Source: an uncultured Methylomirabilota bacterium (GTDB lineage Bacteria > Methylomirabilota > Methylomirabilia > Methylomirabilales > 2-02-FULL-66-22). Taken from it: DNA of 64,000 bases. A program made the position numbers and the translations under genes. The notes beneath the pieces are model-generated. The model ran no database searches. It had not been told where the DNA came from and saw only the letters and a list, made by a program, of their open reading frames with translations. Positions 9,154 to 19,031 of the stretch are shown in pieces. Each line of letters begins with the position of its first letter. Position 1 is the stretch's first letter. The stretch lies in contig CAVOIV010000029.1 of assembly GCA_963695995.1 (NCBI GenBank), positions 19 to 64,018 of the forward strand, given 5' to 3'.

Positions 9154-10453
9154 ATGCGGAACCGATCGGCTCACGGGACCAAGGGGTTGACGCGGCGGCA
9201 GGTCCTGAAGGGCTGCCGCCGGCGTCGGTGCGGGGGTTGGCTTCATCGGCAACTGGCGCTGGGCGCGGGCGCAGGCCAAGAAGCCGATCCTCATCGGCCT
9301 CACCTGCGATGCCACGGGCACTTTCGCCGATAGCGGCCAGGCCGAGCGGCGTGGGATGATCCTGGCCATCGAGGAGTTCAACGCCAAGGGCGGCGTCCTG
9401 GGCCGGCCCATCGAGCACAAATGGGAGGACACCGAAACCGACGCCTCCGTGGCCGTGCGCAAGGCGCAGCGGCTCATCGAGCGGGACAAGATCGACTTCA
9501 TGATGGGCGCCCTCTCGAGCGGCGTGGCCGCCCCGCTGTCGGAGCTGGCCCAGCGGTACGGGATCATCTACTTCAACAGCAACTCGAGCTCCGATACGGT
9601 CACCAACGAGAAGTGCCAGCGGGTGAATTTCGTCTGGGACGCCAACAACTGGATGTTCGCCAACGCCCTCGGCCCGCTGGTCGCCAAGGACCTGGGCAAG
9701 AAGTGGTTCCTCCTGACACACGACTATGTCTGGGGAAAGAACGCGACGGCCGTCACCCGGGACGTCATGAAGAAGGTGGGCGCGGAGGAGATGGGCGAGC
9801 TGTTCATCCCGCAGGGCGCGCGCGATTTCAGCGCCCAGCTCCTCCGGATCCGGAGCGTCAAGCCCCAGGTGGTGATCGCCAACATGGCGGGCATTGAGCA
9901 GACGGCCCTGCGGGAGCAGGCGGCCGAGTTCGGGGCCGAGAAGGACGCCGCCTGGGTCTTCCCACAGCAGGATTTCCCCGACATGGTGACGCTGGGACCG
10001 AAGAAGTCATTCGGGTATTTCTGCACCACGTGGCACTACACGCTGAACGAGCCCGGTGTGAAGGAGTTCACCGAGCGCTTCCGGAAGCGCTGGGCCAACG
10101 CGCCGATCCCCGTCCCGGACAACGTCTCCTGCAACGGGTACCTCGCCGCGCGGGAGCTGCTGCGCGCCGTCGAGCGGGCCGGCACGACGAAGAGCCATGA
10201 CGTCATCAAGGCGCTGGAAGGGCACGTGATCAAGGATAACTTCCGGAAGTATCCGTCGGTGATCCGGGAATGGGACCACCTGGTGGGGCAGATGCTCTAC
10301 CTGGCCCGCACCAAGAAGGAAAGCGAGATGAAAGAGAAGTACGACATGATCGATATGATGTCCGCCGTCCCACCCGAGGTCGCGTCGCCGCCGCGGGAGG
10401 TCTCCACGTGCAAGATGCAGTCGTACGCCGAGACCCCGGTCTACGGCGGATAG
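9154..10453 (+). CDS. livK: Branched-chain amino acid ABC transporter substrate-binding protein (LivK-like), 1 frame break near 9213
   Basis: RBS GGAGGG, then ATG and a Tat-like LTRRQVLKG. The mature part (KKPILIGLTCDATGTFADSGQAERRGMILAIEEFNAKGGVLG...) is in the next phase (ORF 9356..10453). Confidence 0.85.
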
Positions 10454-10537
10454 CCGTCCCGGTCGCCACCACCGCGGCATGTACGGCGCGGCGGCGGTGG
10501 ACCACCTCCCCTCGCCGTCCAGTGTGAGGATTCCCGC

Positions 10538-11410
10538 GTGCCTCCGGTAACCGAGCTGATCACGCACCTGCTCAACGGCCTCGTCCTCGGCCTCCTCTAC
10601 GCCGTCATCGCCCTGGGCTTCATGCTCATCCTGGGCACCATGGAGGTGATCAACTTCAGCCACGGCGCCCTCTTCGCCTTGGGAGGCTACTTGGCCCTCG
10701 CGCTCCAGCCGCACGTGGGCTGGTGGGCCGCGCTGGCACTGGCGCCCGTGGGGGTGGGGCTCGTCGGGCTGCTCATGGAGTTCGGCGTGCGCCGGACCTA
10801 CGGCAGGGACCCTCTCTTCGGGCTGCTCTTCACGTTCGGCGCTGCCTTGGCGCTGGAGGAGCTGATCCGGATCGTCTGGGGATCACGGGATACACCATCT
10901 CGGCCCCGGCCTTCGTCGCGGGGCCGTTCCAGGCGGGTTTCTTCTTTACTCCAAGTACCGGGTCCTGGTCGCTGTGCTCGCCGTGCTCCTGCTGGGCGCC
11001 GTCTGGTAGTTCCTTGACCGGACCCCGTACGGCGCGATCGTCAAGGCCGGCGCCTACGACAGCGAGATGGTTCGCGCCCTGGGGATCGATCTGGCCCGCG
11101 TGCGGAACCTGGTGTTCGCGCTCGGCACCTTCATGGCAGGCATCGCCGGCGTCATCGCGGCGCCCATGTGGAGCCTGAAGCCGACCATCGGCGCCGAGGC
11201 GGTGATGCCCGCCTTCATCGTCGTGGTGATCGGCGGGATCGGCTCCTTCTGGGGAGCCATCCTCGGCGGACTCATGGTGGGGCTGGCCAGCGGCCTGTCC
11301 AACCTGGTCGTGCCACGGGGTCTGTTCTGGTCATGTACCTGCTGCTGGCGGTCGTCCTGCTCTGGCGCCCCCGGGGACTGATGGGCCAGAAGAGCATGCT
11401 GGAGCTCTAA
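10538..11410 (+). pseudogene. livH: LivH-type ABC permease, 3 frame breaks plus an in-frame TAG
   Basis: LNGLVLGLLYAVIALGFMLILG...NFSHG runs through phases 2, 1, 0 and 2. In-frame TAG at 11007-11009 (AVW*FLDRTPYG). The tail MYLLLAVVLLWRPRGL lies in ORF 11168..11410. Confidence 0.8.
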
Positions 11411-11446
11411 TGCGATCAGTTCCTCGCCGAGTGGACCCCGCTGCCG

Positions 11447-13219
11447 ATGCTGGGCATGTTCGCCCTGTTCCTCGTCCTGCCGGCAATTCTTCCCTGGATC
11501 GGCGGCTACACCTACCTGGGCACGGAGGTCATGATCTGGGCCATCTTCGCCCTGGGCTACAACCTGCTGCTCGGCCATACCGGCCTCCCGGCGTTCGGCC
11601 ACGGCGCGTTCTTCGGATTGGGCGGCTACTTCCTGGGCATGAGCCAGAAGTGGGTGGACCGGGGGGCTCTGGCTGCCCCTGCTGATCGGCACGCTGGGGC
11701 GGCCGTTTGCGGCGCCGCGGTGGCGCTGTTCGTCGCTCGGAAGCGAGGAATCTATTTCGCGCTGCTGACCATCGCCTTCGGGACCATGTTCTGGTTCGCG
11801 GTCTTCGTCCTGGATGCCTGGACGGGGGGCGAGGACGGGCTGACCGGCATCAGGCGGCTCGCCGTGGGCATCCCCGGGCTCTTCGAGATCCCGCTGCAGG
11901 ATAACCTCGCCTTCTACTATTTCGTCTACGCCCTCTTCGTCGCCCTCACGGTCGTCCTCTGGCGCATCGTCCGCTCCCCCTTCGGCCAGGTCATCCAGGC
12001 GATCAAGCAGAGCGAGAGCCGGGCCTCCGCGCTGGGCTACGACACCGCCCGCTACAAGTGGGCGGTCTTCACCCTGAGCTGCGCCTTCGCGGGATTCGCC
12101 GGCGGGCTCTACAGCCTCGCCCGGTTCGGGGCGTTCCCGGAGCCGATGAGCCTGCACCAGTCGGGCAATGTGGTCCTCATGTGCCTCGTCGGCGGCGGGT
12201 TCGCCAGCTTCTACGGCCCCGTCCTGGGCGTCGCGGTCTTCCTGGTGCTGCGCGACCTCTTCTCCACCCTGACGGATCACTGGATGCTCCTGTACGGCCT
12301 CCTGTTCATGGCCATCATCCTGTTCTTGCCCGAGGGGATCCTCGGATTGACGCAGCGGAAGCGGCGGCCGGCGTCCTCCCACGACACCGGCGCGAGCCCA
12401 GGCGGCCCGCGGCGAGGGTGCCGCCTCCGGCGGACCCCGATGAGCGCCAGCGAGGCGACCGCTCCCCTCCTGGAGGCCCGCGGCCTGCGGAAGGCCTTCG
12501 GCGGCAACGTCGTCCTGGACGATGTCAATCTCCAGTTCCAGGCGAGGCGCGTCTCGGCCCTCATCGGGCCCAACGGGGCGGGCAAGACCACGTGCTTCAA
12601 CCTCCTCACCGGCGTCCTGGCCCCGGATCGAGGTGAGATCCGTTACCGTGGGCAGGACATCACGGGCCTGTCCCCCGACCGGCGCGCCCGCCTGGGGATG
12701 TGCCGTTCGTTCCAGATCCTGAACCTCTTCAACGACTACACCGTCCTGCAGAACGTCCGGGTGGCGGTGCCGGCCATGCGGCAGCGCGGCTTCAACCTCT
12801 GGACGCCCGCCGGCGCCGTGCGCGAGGCGGAGGACAAGGCCGCCGGCGTCATCCGACTGATCGGTCTGGCAGGGCGCGAACACGTCGAGGCGAAGTATCT
12901 GTCCTACGGCCAGCGCCGCCTCCTGGAGATCGGCGTGGCCCTGGCCGGCGAGCCCGACCTGCTCCTGATGGACGAACCGACGAGCGGCCTGGGCGGCCGC
13001 CCCCTGGAGACCCTTCGGGAGCTGGTCCAGCGCCTCTCGGAGGCGCTCACCATCGTGGTCATCGAACACGACATGAGCTTCGTCCTTTCCCTGTCCCACC
13101 ACATCAGCGTGCTCCACCAGGGCGCCGTGATCGCCGAGGGACCTCCCGCCGCGATCCGGGAAAACGCCGAGGTCCGCGAATGCTATCTGGGAACCCTCAA
13201 GTACGCCCGGCGGACGTGA
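11447..13219 (+). CDS. Fused LivM-type permease / LivG-type ATPase (590 aa single ORF)
   Basis: N-terminal half has permease motifs (GHTGLPAFGHGAFFGLGGY). C-terminal half is an ABC ATPase (GPNGAGKTT, LSYGQRRLLEIGVALA, LLLMDEP). A short out-of-frame patch sits at about 11657-11700. Confidence 0.85.
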   Translation: MLGMFALFLVLPAILPWIGGYTYLGTEVMIWAIFALGYNLLLGHTGLPAFGHGAFFGLGGYFLGMSQKWVDRGALAAPADRHAGAAVCGAAVALFVARKRGIYFALLTIAFGTMFWFAVFVLDAWTGGEDGLTGIRRLAVGIPGLFEIPLQDNLAFYYFVYALFVALTVVLWRIVRSPFGQVIQAIKQSESRASALGYDTARYKWAVFTLSCAFAGFAGGLYSLARFGAFPEPMSLHQSGNVVLMCLVGGGFASFYGPVLGVAVFLVLRDLFSTLTDHWMLLYGLLFMAIILFLPEGILGLTQRKRRPASSHDTGASPGGPRRGCRLRRTPMSASEATAPLLEARGLRKAFGGNVVLDDVNLQFQARRVSALIGPNGAGKTTCFNLLTGVLAPDRGEIRYRGQDITGLSPDRRARLGMCRSFQILNLFNDYTVLQNVRVAVPAMRQRGFNLWTPAGAVREAEDKAAGVIRLIGLAGREHVEAKYLSYGQRRLLEIGVALAGEPDLLLMDEPTSGLGGRPLETLRELVQRLSEALTIVVIEHDMSFVLSLSHHISVLHQGAVIAEGPPAAIRENAEVRECYLGTLKYARRT

Positions 13220-13948
13220 TGTCGACGGAGCGGCCCCTGCTGGTCGTCGAAGGCATCGACACCTTCTACGGGGATGCCCAGGCGCTGAACGGCCTGTCGC
13301 TCACCATCGGGTCCGGCGAGACGGTCTGCCTCCTGGGCCGGAACGGCCAGGGCAAGACCACCACCATCAAGAGCATCCTGGGCCTGGTCCCGCCGCGGAG
13401 AGGCCGCATCACCTTCGACGGCGCGGACATCACGCACCTGCCGACCCACCGGATCGCCAGCCGGGGGATCGCCTGGGTGCCGGACAACCGGCGGATCTTT
13501 CCGACGCTGACGGTGGAACGGAACCTGGAGATGGGGCTGCATCGGGCGCTGCCCTGGGCGGGAGACGGGGCGGAGTGGACGCTGGATCGGATCTACGCGC
13601 GCTTTCCCGATCCTCGGCGGACTGAGACACCGGAGCGGTGAGCACCTGAGCGGCGGCGAGGCTCAACTGGTCGCCATCGCCCGCGCCCTGCTCATGGGTC
13701 CCAAGCTGGTCCTCCTGGACGAGCCCTCGCAGGGCCTCGCGCCCAAGATCGTGGAGGACCTCATGGCCGTGATCGAGGAGATACGCGAGGAGGGTATCGC
13801 CATGCTCCTGGTGGAGCAGAACTCCTCGCTGGCGCTCGGCATCGCCCATCGCGCCTACGTCGTCGACGACGGCCACATCGTCCACACCTCAGGCGCGGCG
13901 GACCTCGACAATAACCCCGAGTTGAAGACCCGCCTCCTGGCCGTGTAA
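13219..13948 (+). CDS. livF: LivF-type ABC ATPase, 1 frame break near 13609
   Basis: GRNGQGKTTT Walker A. After ...IYARFP the frame shifts by +1 to ILGGLRHRSGEHLSGGEAQLVAIARALLMGPKLVLLDEPSQGLAP. The start overlaps the upstream stop (TGATG). Confidence 0.88.
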
Positions 13949-14090
13949 CAGGGCTCCGCCCCCACTTCCACCGACCCTCCCGGGGTCCTGCGCACGTCCG
14001 AGCCCACAGTGTCCGTCTCAGGTTCCCCAAGATGGGTACCCGGCAGATGGGCTGTTTTCAGCAGCCCGCCAAGCGACGCGGAGGTGAAAC

Positions 14091-15081
14091 ATGACGGAAG
14101 CACGCACACCGCAAGGGACGCCCATCGCCGTCATCGGGGCCGGCACCATGGGGGCGGGGATCGCGCAGATCTTCGCCCAGGCCGGATACCCCGTGCGCCT
14201 GCAGGCGCGGAAGCGCGAGACGCTGGAGGCGGCGCTTCGCCGGGTCCGCGTGAACCAGGACGAGCTGATCCGGCACGACCTCCTCGCTGCGACGGATGCC
14301 GAGGCGGCGCGCGGGCGGATCACGGTGACGCAGGATCTCAAGGAGGCCCTGGCTGGTGCCGCCTTCGTCAGCGAGAACATCCCCGAGCGGCTCGACGCTC
14401 AAGCAACCCCTCTTCGCCGAGCTGGATCGGCTGACGCCGCCCGAGACGATCCTTTCCACCAACACTTCCAGTCTGCCCATTACCCAGGTCGCCCGCGACA
14501 CGAAGCATCCGGAACGCGTGGTCGGCTTCCACTGGTTCAATCCGCCGCACCTGATTCCGTTGGTCGAGGTCATCCGCGGCGACCGGACGGCGGATGCGAC
14601 CATGGACGAGACCTATCGCCTGGCCCAGGCCATCGGCAAGTCCCCCATCCGGGTGCAGAAGGACATCCCGGGCTTCGTCGGGAATCGGCTCCAGCGCTCT
14701 CTGGAGCGAGAGTTCTTCTATCTGGAGCGGATCGGCGCCTGCAGCGGCGCGGACCTGGAGGTCGCGCTGAAGCAGGGTCTGGGCTTCCGCTGGTCGGTGG
14801 TGGGTCCGCTGGAGCACGCCGACCTGGCTGGCGTCGATACGCACTCGGCCACCGTGTCGCTGCTCTTCCCGCTCCTCTCCACCGACACCGAGCCGCCGCC
14901 CCTGTTCGCGGACCTGGTGGCCAAGGGCCGTCTGGGCGCGAAGACGGGCGCGGGCGTGTACGAGTACGGCCCGGGCGAGGTCGAGCGCATCCTGGCCCGA
15001 CGGAACACCATGCTGATTGACTTCATCAAGGTGCTGAAGAAGCACCCACCGCTGCGCGGGCCGAGCCTCCACGCCGAATAG
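14091..15081 (+). CDS. 3-hydroxyacyl-CoA / 3-hydroxybutyryl-CoA dehydrogenase family, 1 frame break near 14397
   Basis: IAVIGAGTMGAGIAQ Rossmann motif. After ENIPERLD the frame shifts by +1 to LKQPLFAELD...GFHWFNPPHLIPLVEV...GFVGNRL. Confidence 0.85.
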
Positions 15082-15345
15082 CAGACTTTCTCAACAGAAC
15101 GATCGAGGTGCGGACCAGCCGCACCCACGGGGTCGCTGACCTGGAGGCCAACACCGCCCTCACGCATCGCCTGTTCGCCCGGGTAAACGACCTACCTCGT
15201 CCGAAACAACCTGCGAAAAAGGGCCTCTGCGCCGAACAACTGCATACTTCTTTGTGCGCGTTCCGGGCGCCTCCTGATAGGATGTATCCGACTGATCGTA
15301 CTCCCGAACCTTCATCTTATGTCTGCCCATTGAGAGGAGCAAACG

Positions 15346-16314
15346 ATGCAAACTGCGCTGTGGCTGATCCTGGGTGTCTGTGTTGCTATGATGGGAACCG
15401 GAGGAGCCGCGACGGCTGCCGACTTTCCGAACAAGCCCATCCAGCTCGTCGTCCCCTACGCGGCGGGTGGATCCACCGATCTCCTGGCCCGCGCCGTAGG
15501 TCAGGTGGCCCCGAAGCACTTTCCGGTCCCGGTGGTCGTGGTGAACAAGGCTGGCGGCGGCGGGATCCCGGGACGGGTAGACGTCGTCCGCGCCAGGCCG
15601 GATGGGTACAACGTCCTCTTTGGTTACGGTTCGGGCGAGGACATTGTCGTCCCCCATCAGCGGCAACTCCCCTTCGACGTCTTCAAGGACTGGGAACCGG
15701 TCTGCCGGATCTCCATCCACTCGGTAGTCATGGTGGTACCTGCCACTTCGCCGCACAAGACCGCTCAGGAATTCGTGGCCTGGGCGAAAACCAAGGACAA
15801 CGTGGTGGGAGCCGTCGGCACCAAGGGCGGCGCGGCGGACATCAGCATGCACGCGTTCGCCACGGCCGGGGGGTTCAAGCTGACCACCGTTCCCGGGTCC
15901 GGAGGCGGTGAAGCGGTCACTCGCCTGGTGGGCGGCCATGCCGACATGGGCGGCTTCCATCCCAGCGAGGTCTTACCGCACATCAAGGCGGGGCGGCTGC
16001 GGGCCATCGGTGTGGCCCTCGACAAGCGCGACCCCTCGATCGAGACGCCGACGCTCCGGGAGGCTGGATACGACGTGGTGACGGCGGGTTCGGTCAAAGG
16101 CATGGCCGTGGCCAAGGGGACCCCGAAAGAGGTCATCACGTACTTGGCCGAGAAATGCAAAGCGGTCACCGAGGATCCGGAGTTCGCCAAGGTCATGAAG
16201 GATCTGGGGCAGCCCATCAACTTCCAGGGGCCGGAGGAGTACCGAACATGGCTGAAGCAAGCTTCGGACACCTACGCAACGCTCCTGAAGACGCTGGGGA
16301 TCGAAACGAAATAG
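15346..16314 (+). CDS. tctC: Tripartite tricarboxylate transporter substrate-binding protein (TctC/Bug family), orphan
   Basis: Intact 322 aa with a signal peptide and the motifs FPNKPIQLVVPYAAGGSTDLLARAV and GSGGGEAVTRLVGGHADM. No tctA or tctB lies nearby. Confidence 0.85.
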   Translation: MQTALWLILGVCVAMMGTGGAATAADFPNKPIQLVVPYAAGGSTDLLARAVGQVAPKHFPVPVVVVNKAGGGGIPGRVDVVRARPDGYNVLFGYGSGEDIVVPHQRQLPFDVFKDWEPVCRISIHSVVMVVPATSPHKTAQEFVAWAKTKDNVVGAVGTKGGAADISMHAFATAGGFKLTTVPGSGGGEAVTRLVGGHADMGGFHPSEVLPHIKAGRLRAIGVALDKRDPSIETPTLREAGYDVVTAGSVKGMAVAKGTPKEVITYLAEKCKAVTEDPEFAKVMKDLGQPINFQGPEEYRTWLKQASDTYATLLKTLGIETK

Positions 16315-16338
16315 TCTTCACCAAACCCAAAAAGGAGA

Positions 16339-17415
16339 GTGCCGATGCCAGGCGTTGATGACGGAATCCGATTTCCCGCACCGAAGCTGCGCGCGTGGAC
16401 GGAGCAGGTGTTCCAGAAGGTCGGCGTGAGCAAGGAGGATGCGGCCCTCCTCACCGACTCCTTGATCGAGGCCAATCTCCGCGGCGTGGACACGCACGGC
16501 ATCACGCGAATGCTCTGCGTGTACGTCAAGCGGATGCAGGTGGGTGTGGTGAATCCCAAGACGGAGCTCAAGGTGCTTCGCGAGCACCCGTCGACGGCCC
16601 TCATCGACTGCAAGAACAGCATCGGCCAGGTGGCCTCCAATGTCGCCATGCGGATGACCATCGAGAAGGCCAAGAAGACGGGCGTGGCCTTCGTGGCCAC
16701 CACCCACTCCAACCACTACGGCGCGGCCGCCTACTGGGCCATGATGGCTCTCGATCACGGCATGATCGGCCTCAGCTCCACCAATGCGCCTGCCGTCGTT
16801 GCCCCGACGGGCGGCCGGACGCCCATGCTCGGCACCAATCCGTTCGCCGTCGCCATCCCCGCGGGGCAGGAACAGCCGATGGTGCTCGACCTCGCCACGA
16901 CGGTGGTGGCCCGCGGTCGGATCCTGCTCTACGCCAAGCAGAACAAGCCCCTGGAGCCCGGCTGGGCCTTCGACGAGCTCGGCCGACCCACGGTTGACCC
17001 GCAGGCCGCCGTGAAGGGACTCCTGGCCCCCATCGGCGGCTACAAGGGGTACGGCATCGCGCTGGCCATCGACCTCCTCTGCGGCGTGATGACCGGCTCG
17101 AGTTACGGGACGCACTTCCCCGGCTTCCTGGCGGACAACCTGAAGGATCCGACGGATGTCGGCAGCATCTTCGCCGCGCTCAACGTCGAGAGCTTCATGG
17201 ATCTCTCCGAGTTCAAGGCGGCGATGGACAAGGCGATCCGGGAGATCAAGACGTCCACGAAAGCCGAGGGCGTGAAGCGGATCTACATCCCGGGCGAGAT
17301 CGAGCTGGAGACCAAGGCCGACCGGTTGAAGAACGGGATCCCGATTCCGGATGCGGTGGTCAAGGACTTCGCGGCGTTGGGGAAAGAGCTGGCGGTGGCG
17401 TTCCCGACGGCCTAA
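16339..17415 (+). CDS. Ldh2-family (malate/L-lactate/ureidoglycolate-type) dehydrogenase
   Basis: Intact 358 aa with LRGVDTHGITRM, HSNHYGAAAYWA and GGYKGYGIAL. Confidence 0.85.
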   Translation: MPMPGVDDGIRFPAPKLRAWTEQVFQKVGVSKEDAALLTDSLIEANLRGVDTHGITRMLCVYVKRMQVGVVNPKTELKVLREHPSTALIDCKNSIGQVASNVAMRMTIEKAKKTGVAFVATTHSNHYGAAAYWAMMALDHGMIGLSSTNAPAVVAPTGGRTPMLGTNPFAVAIPAGQEQPMVLDLATTVVARGRILLYAKQNKPLEPGWAFDELGRPTVDPQAAVKGLLAPIGGYKGYGIALAIDLLCGVMTGSSYGTHFPGFLADNLKDPTDVGSIFAALNVESFMDLSEFKAAMDKAIREIKTSTKAEGVKRIYIPGEIELETKADRLKNGIPIPDAVVKDFAALGKELAVAFPTA

Positions 17416-17509
17416 GCCCGACATTCATTCGCGAACAGGACTCGCGAATCCTCGCGGGCGAGACCCCCTCCTGCGATTGGTCCTTGGAAATTCGTCATTG
17501 GTCATTAGA

Positions 17510-17546
17510 CCCGGCTTATTCACGAATCCTTCGTGAATAAGCCGGG
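17510..17546. repeat. Perfect 17-bp inverted repeat with a 3-nt loop (hairpin or operator)
   Basis: CCCGGCTTATTCACGAA tcc TTCGTGAATAAGCCGGG. It is AT-richer than its surroundings, has no U-tract, and lies between the Ldh2-family gene and cinA. Confidence 0.6.
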
Positions 17547-17619
17547 CTAGCGGGTCACGCGTACAGGGGAACCGGCAACCGCCGGACCGAATCACCGGGC
17601 ACAAACGAGAGGCAGGTTC

Positions 17620-18866
17620 ATGAGCGTTCAGGCAGAACTGGTGGCGATCGGCTCGGAGCTCCTCCTGGGGCAGATCATCGACACGAACACGGCATTCATC
17701 GCGAAGCGCCTGGCGGAAATCGGCGTCGAGGTGGTCCGCACCGCCACCGTGGGGGATTCGCTCGAGCGGATGGAGGGCGTGCTCCGGGACGCGATCCGGC
17801 GGTCGCAGATCGTCATCACCACGGGCGGGATCGGCCCCACGGAGGACGACCTCACCCGCGAGGCGATTGCCAACGTGACCGGGCGGCCATTGACGTTTCA
17901 GCCGCACCTCATGGAGCAGATCAGGGCCCTCATCGAGCGACGAGGGTTCAAGATGGCCGAGAACAACCGCGTCCAGGCCTTCATCCCCGAGGGGTCGATC
18001 GCGATTGAGAACCCCAAAGGAACCGCCCCGGGCTTCATCGTGGAAGGAGACGGGTACTGTACCGCCACGCTCCCCGGCGTCCCATCGGAGATGTATTTCC
18101 TCCTGGACGCGACCGTGATCCCCTACCTCCGGACCCGATTCGGATCTAACGCAGGGAAGTATTGCGGTACAAGGTCCTCCGCGTCTGCGGACTCGGGGAG
18201 AGCGCCATCGGGCTCCAGATCAAGGATCTGATGAAGGAGAGCAAAAATCCGATCGTGGGGACGCTCGCGGCCATCGGCGACGTCCGCATCCGGATCGCCG
18301 CACGCGCGGACAGCCCCGAGGAAGCCGACACCCTGATCGGCGCCATGGAGAGCGAGATCCGTCGGCGCCTCGGCATCCTGATTTACGGCGTGGACGATGA
18401 GACGCTCCAGGGAAACACGGCGGCTCTTCTCGCGCGAAATGGGTTTCGCCTGGCCGTCGTCGAGACGTTCACGGGAGGCGCCATCGCCCATCGGTTTGCT
18501 GGAACGGGGAGCGCTGCGTTTTCCGAGGGAATCGTCCTTCCCGGCGTGGACGCGCAGCGGGGGTTCCTGGGGTGCTCGCCGGACGGTTACGAGACGCTCG
18601 TCAAGGAACCTGCCCGTCTCGCCGCTGCGCTGGCCGACACGGCACGATCCCGATTCGGCGTCGACGTGGCCCTGGCGAACGTCGGGGTGTTCCGGCCCGA
18701 GGAGGGCAGGCCCGAGCACAAGGGTGAGAGCCACACCGCGCTGGCGACGGCACGGGGTTCCGTTCCGAACAACCAGGTCCTCGGCGGGGAGCTTCCCATG
18801 GTCCGCGAACGCGCGACGATCCTGGCCATCGACCTGCTCAGGAAGACGCTCTTGGCGGAATCGTAG
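17620..18866 (+). CDS. cinA: CinA-family competence/damage-inducible protein (MoCF plus NMN deamidase domains), 1 frame break near 18150
   Basis: VAIGSELLLGQIIDTNTAFIAKRL...TTGGIGPTEDDLT, then the frame changes to YKVLRVCGLGESAI...AVVETFTGGAI. Confidence 0.85.
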
Positions 18867-18973
18867 CCCCCGCGACCTTACTCGCCAGCACCAGCTTTGG
18901 CGCTCCGGGTACGCAACGTTGGCGTTGGGTGATCTTGGCGAGAGGCGGTTGTCCTGGTTCCATAGGTAAATGT

Positions 18974-19012
18974 GCCCCAAACCCGAGGGGACGACCCTCG
19001 GGCTCGGGGGGC
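18974..19012. terminator. GC-rich hairpin between convergent cinA and dctP (candidate bidirectional terminator)
   Basis: GCCCC aaa CCCGAGG ggacgac CCTCGGG ctc ... GGGGC. No U-tract. Confidence 0.35.
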
Positions 19013-19031
19013 CGCCGGCAGGTTCAGCCGG

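Noticed and set aside
11054-13117. Long antisense ORFs with low-complexity R/G/P/A/E/D-rich translations (also 16318..17424, 20201..21901, 35318..37027, 47957..49993, 60692..62407, 9080..9721)
   Set aside because: These are shadow ORFs opposite well-supported genes in GC-rich DNA. They have no recognisable motifs.
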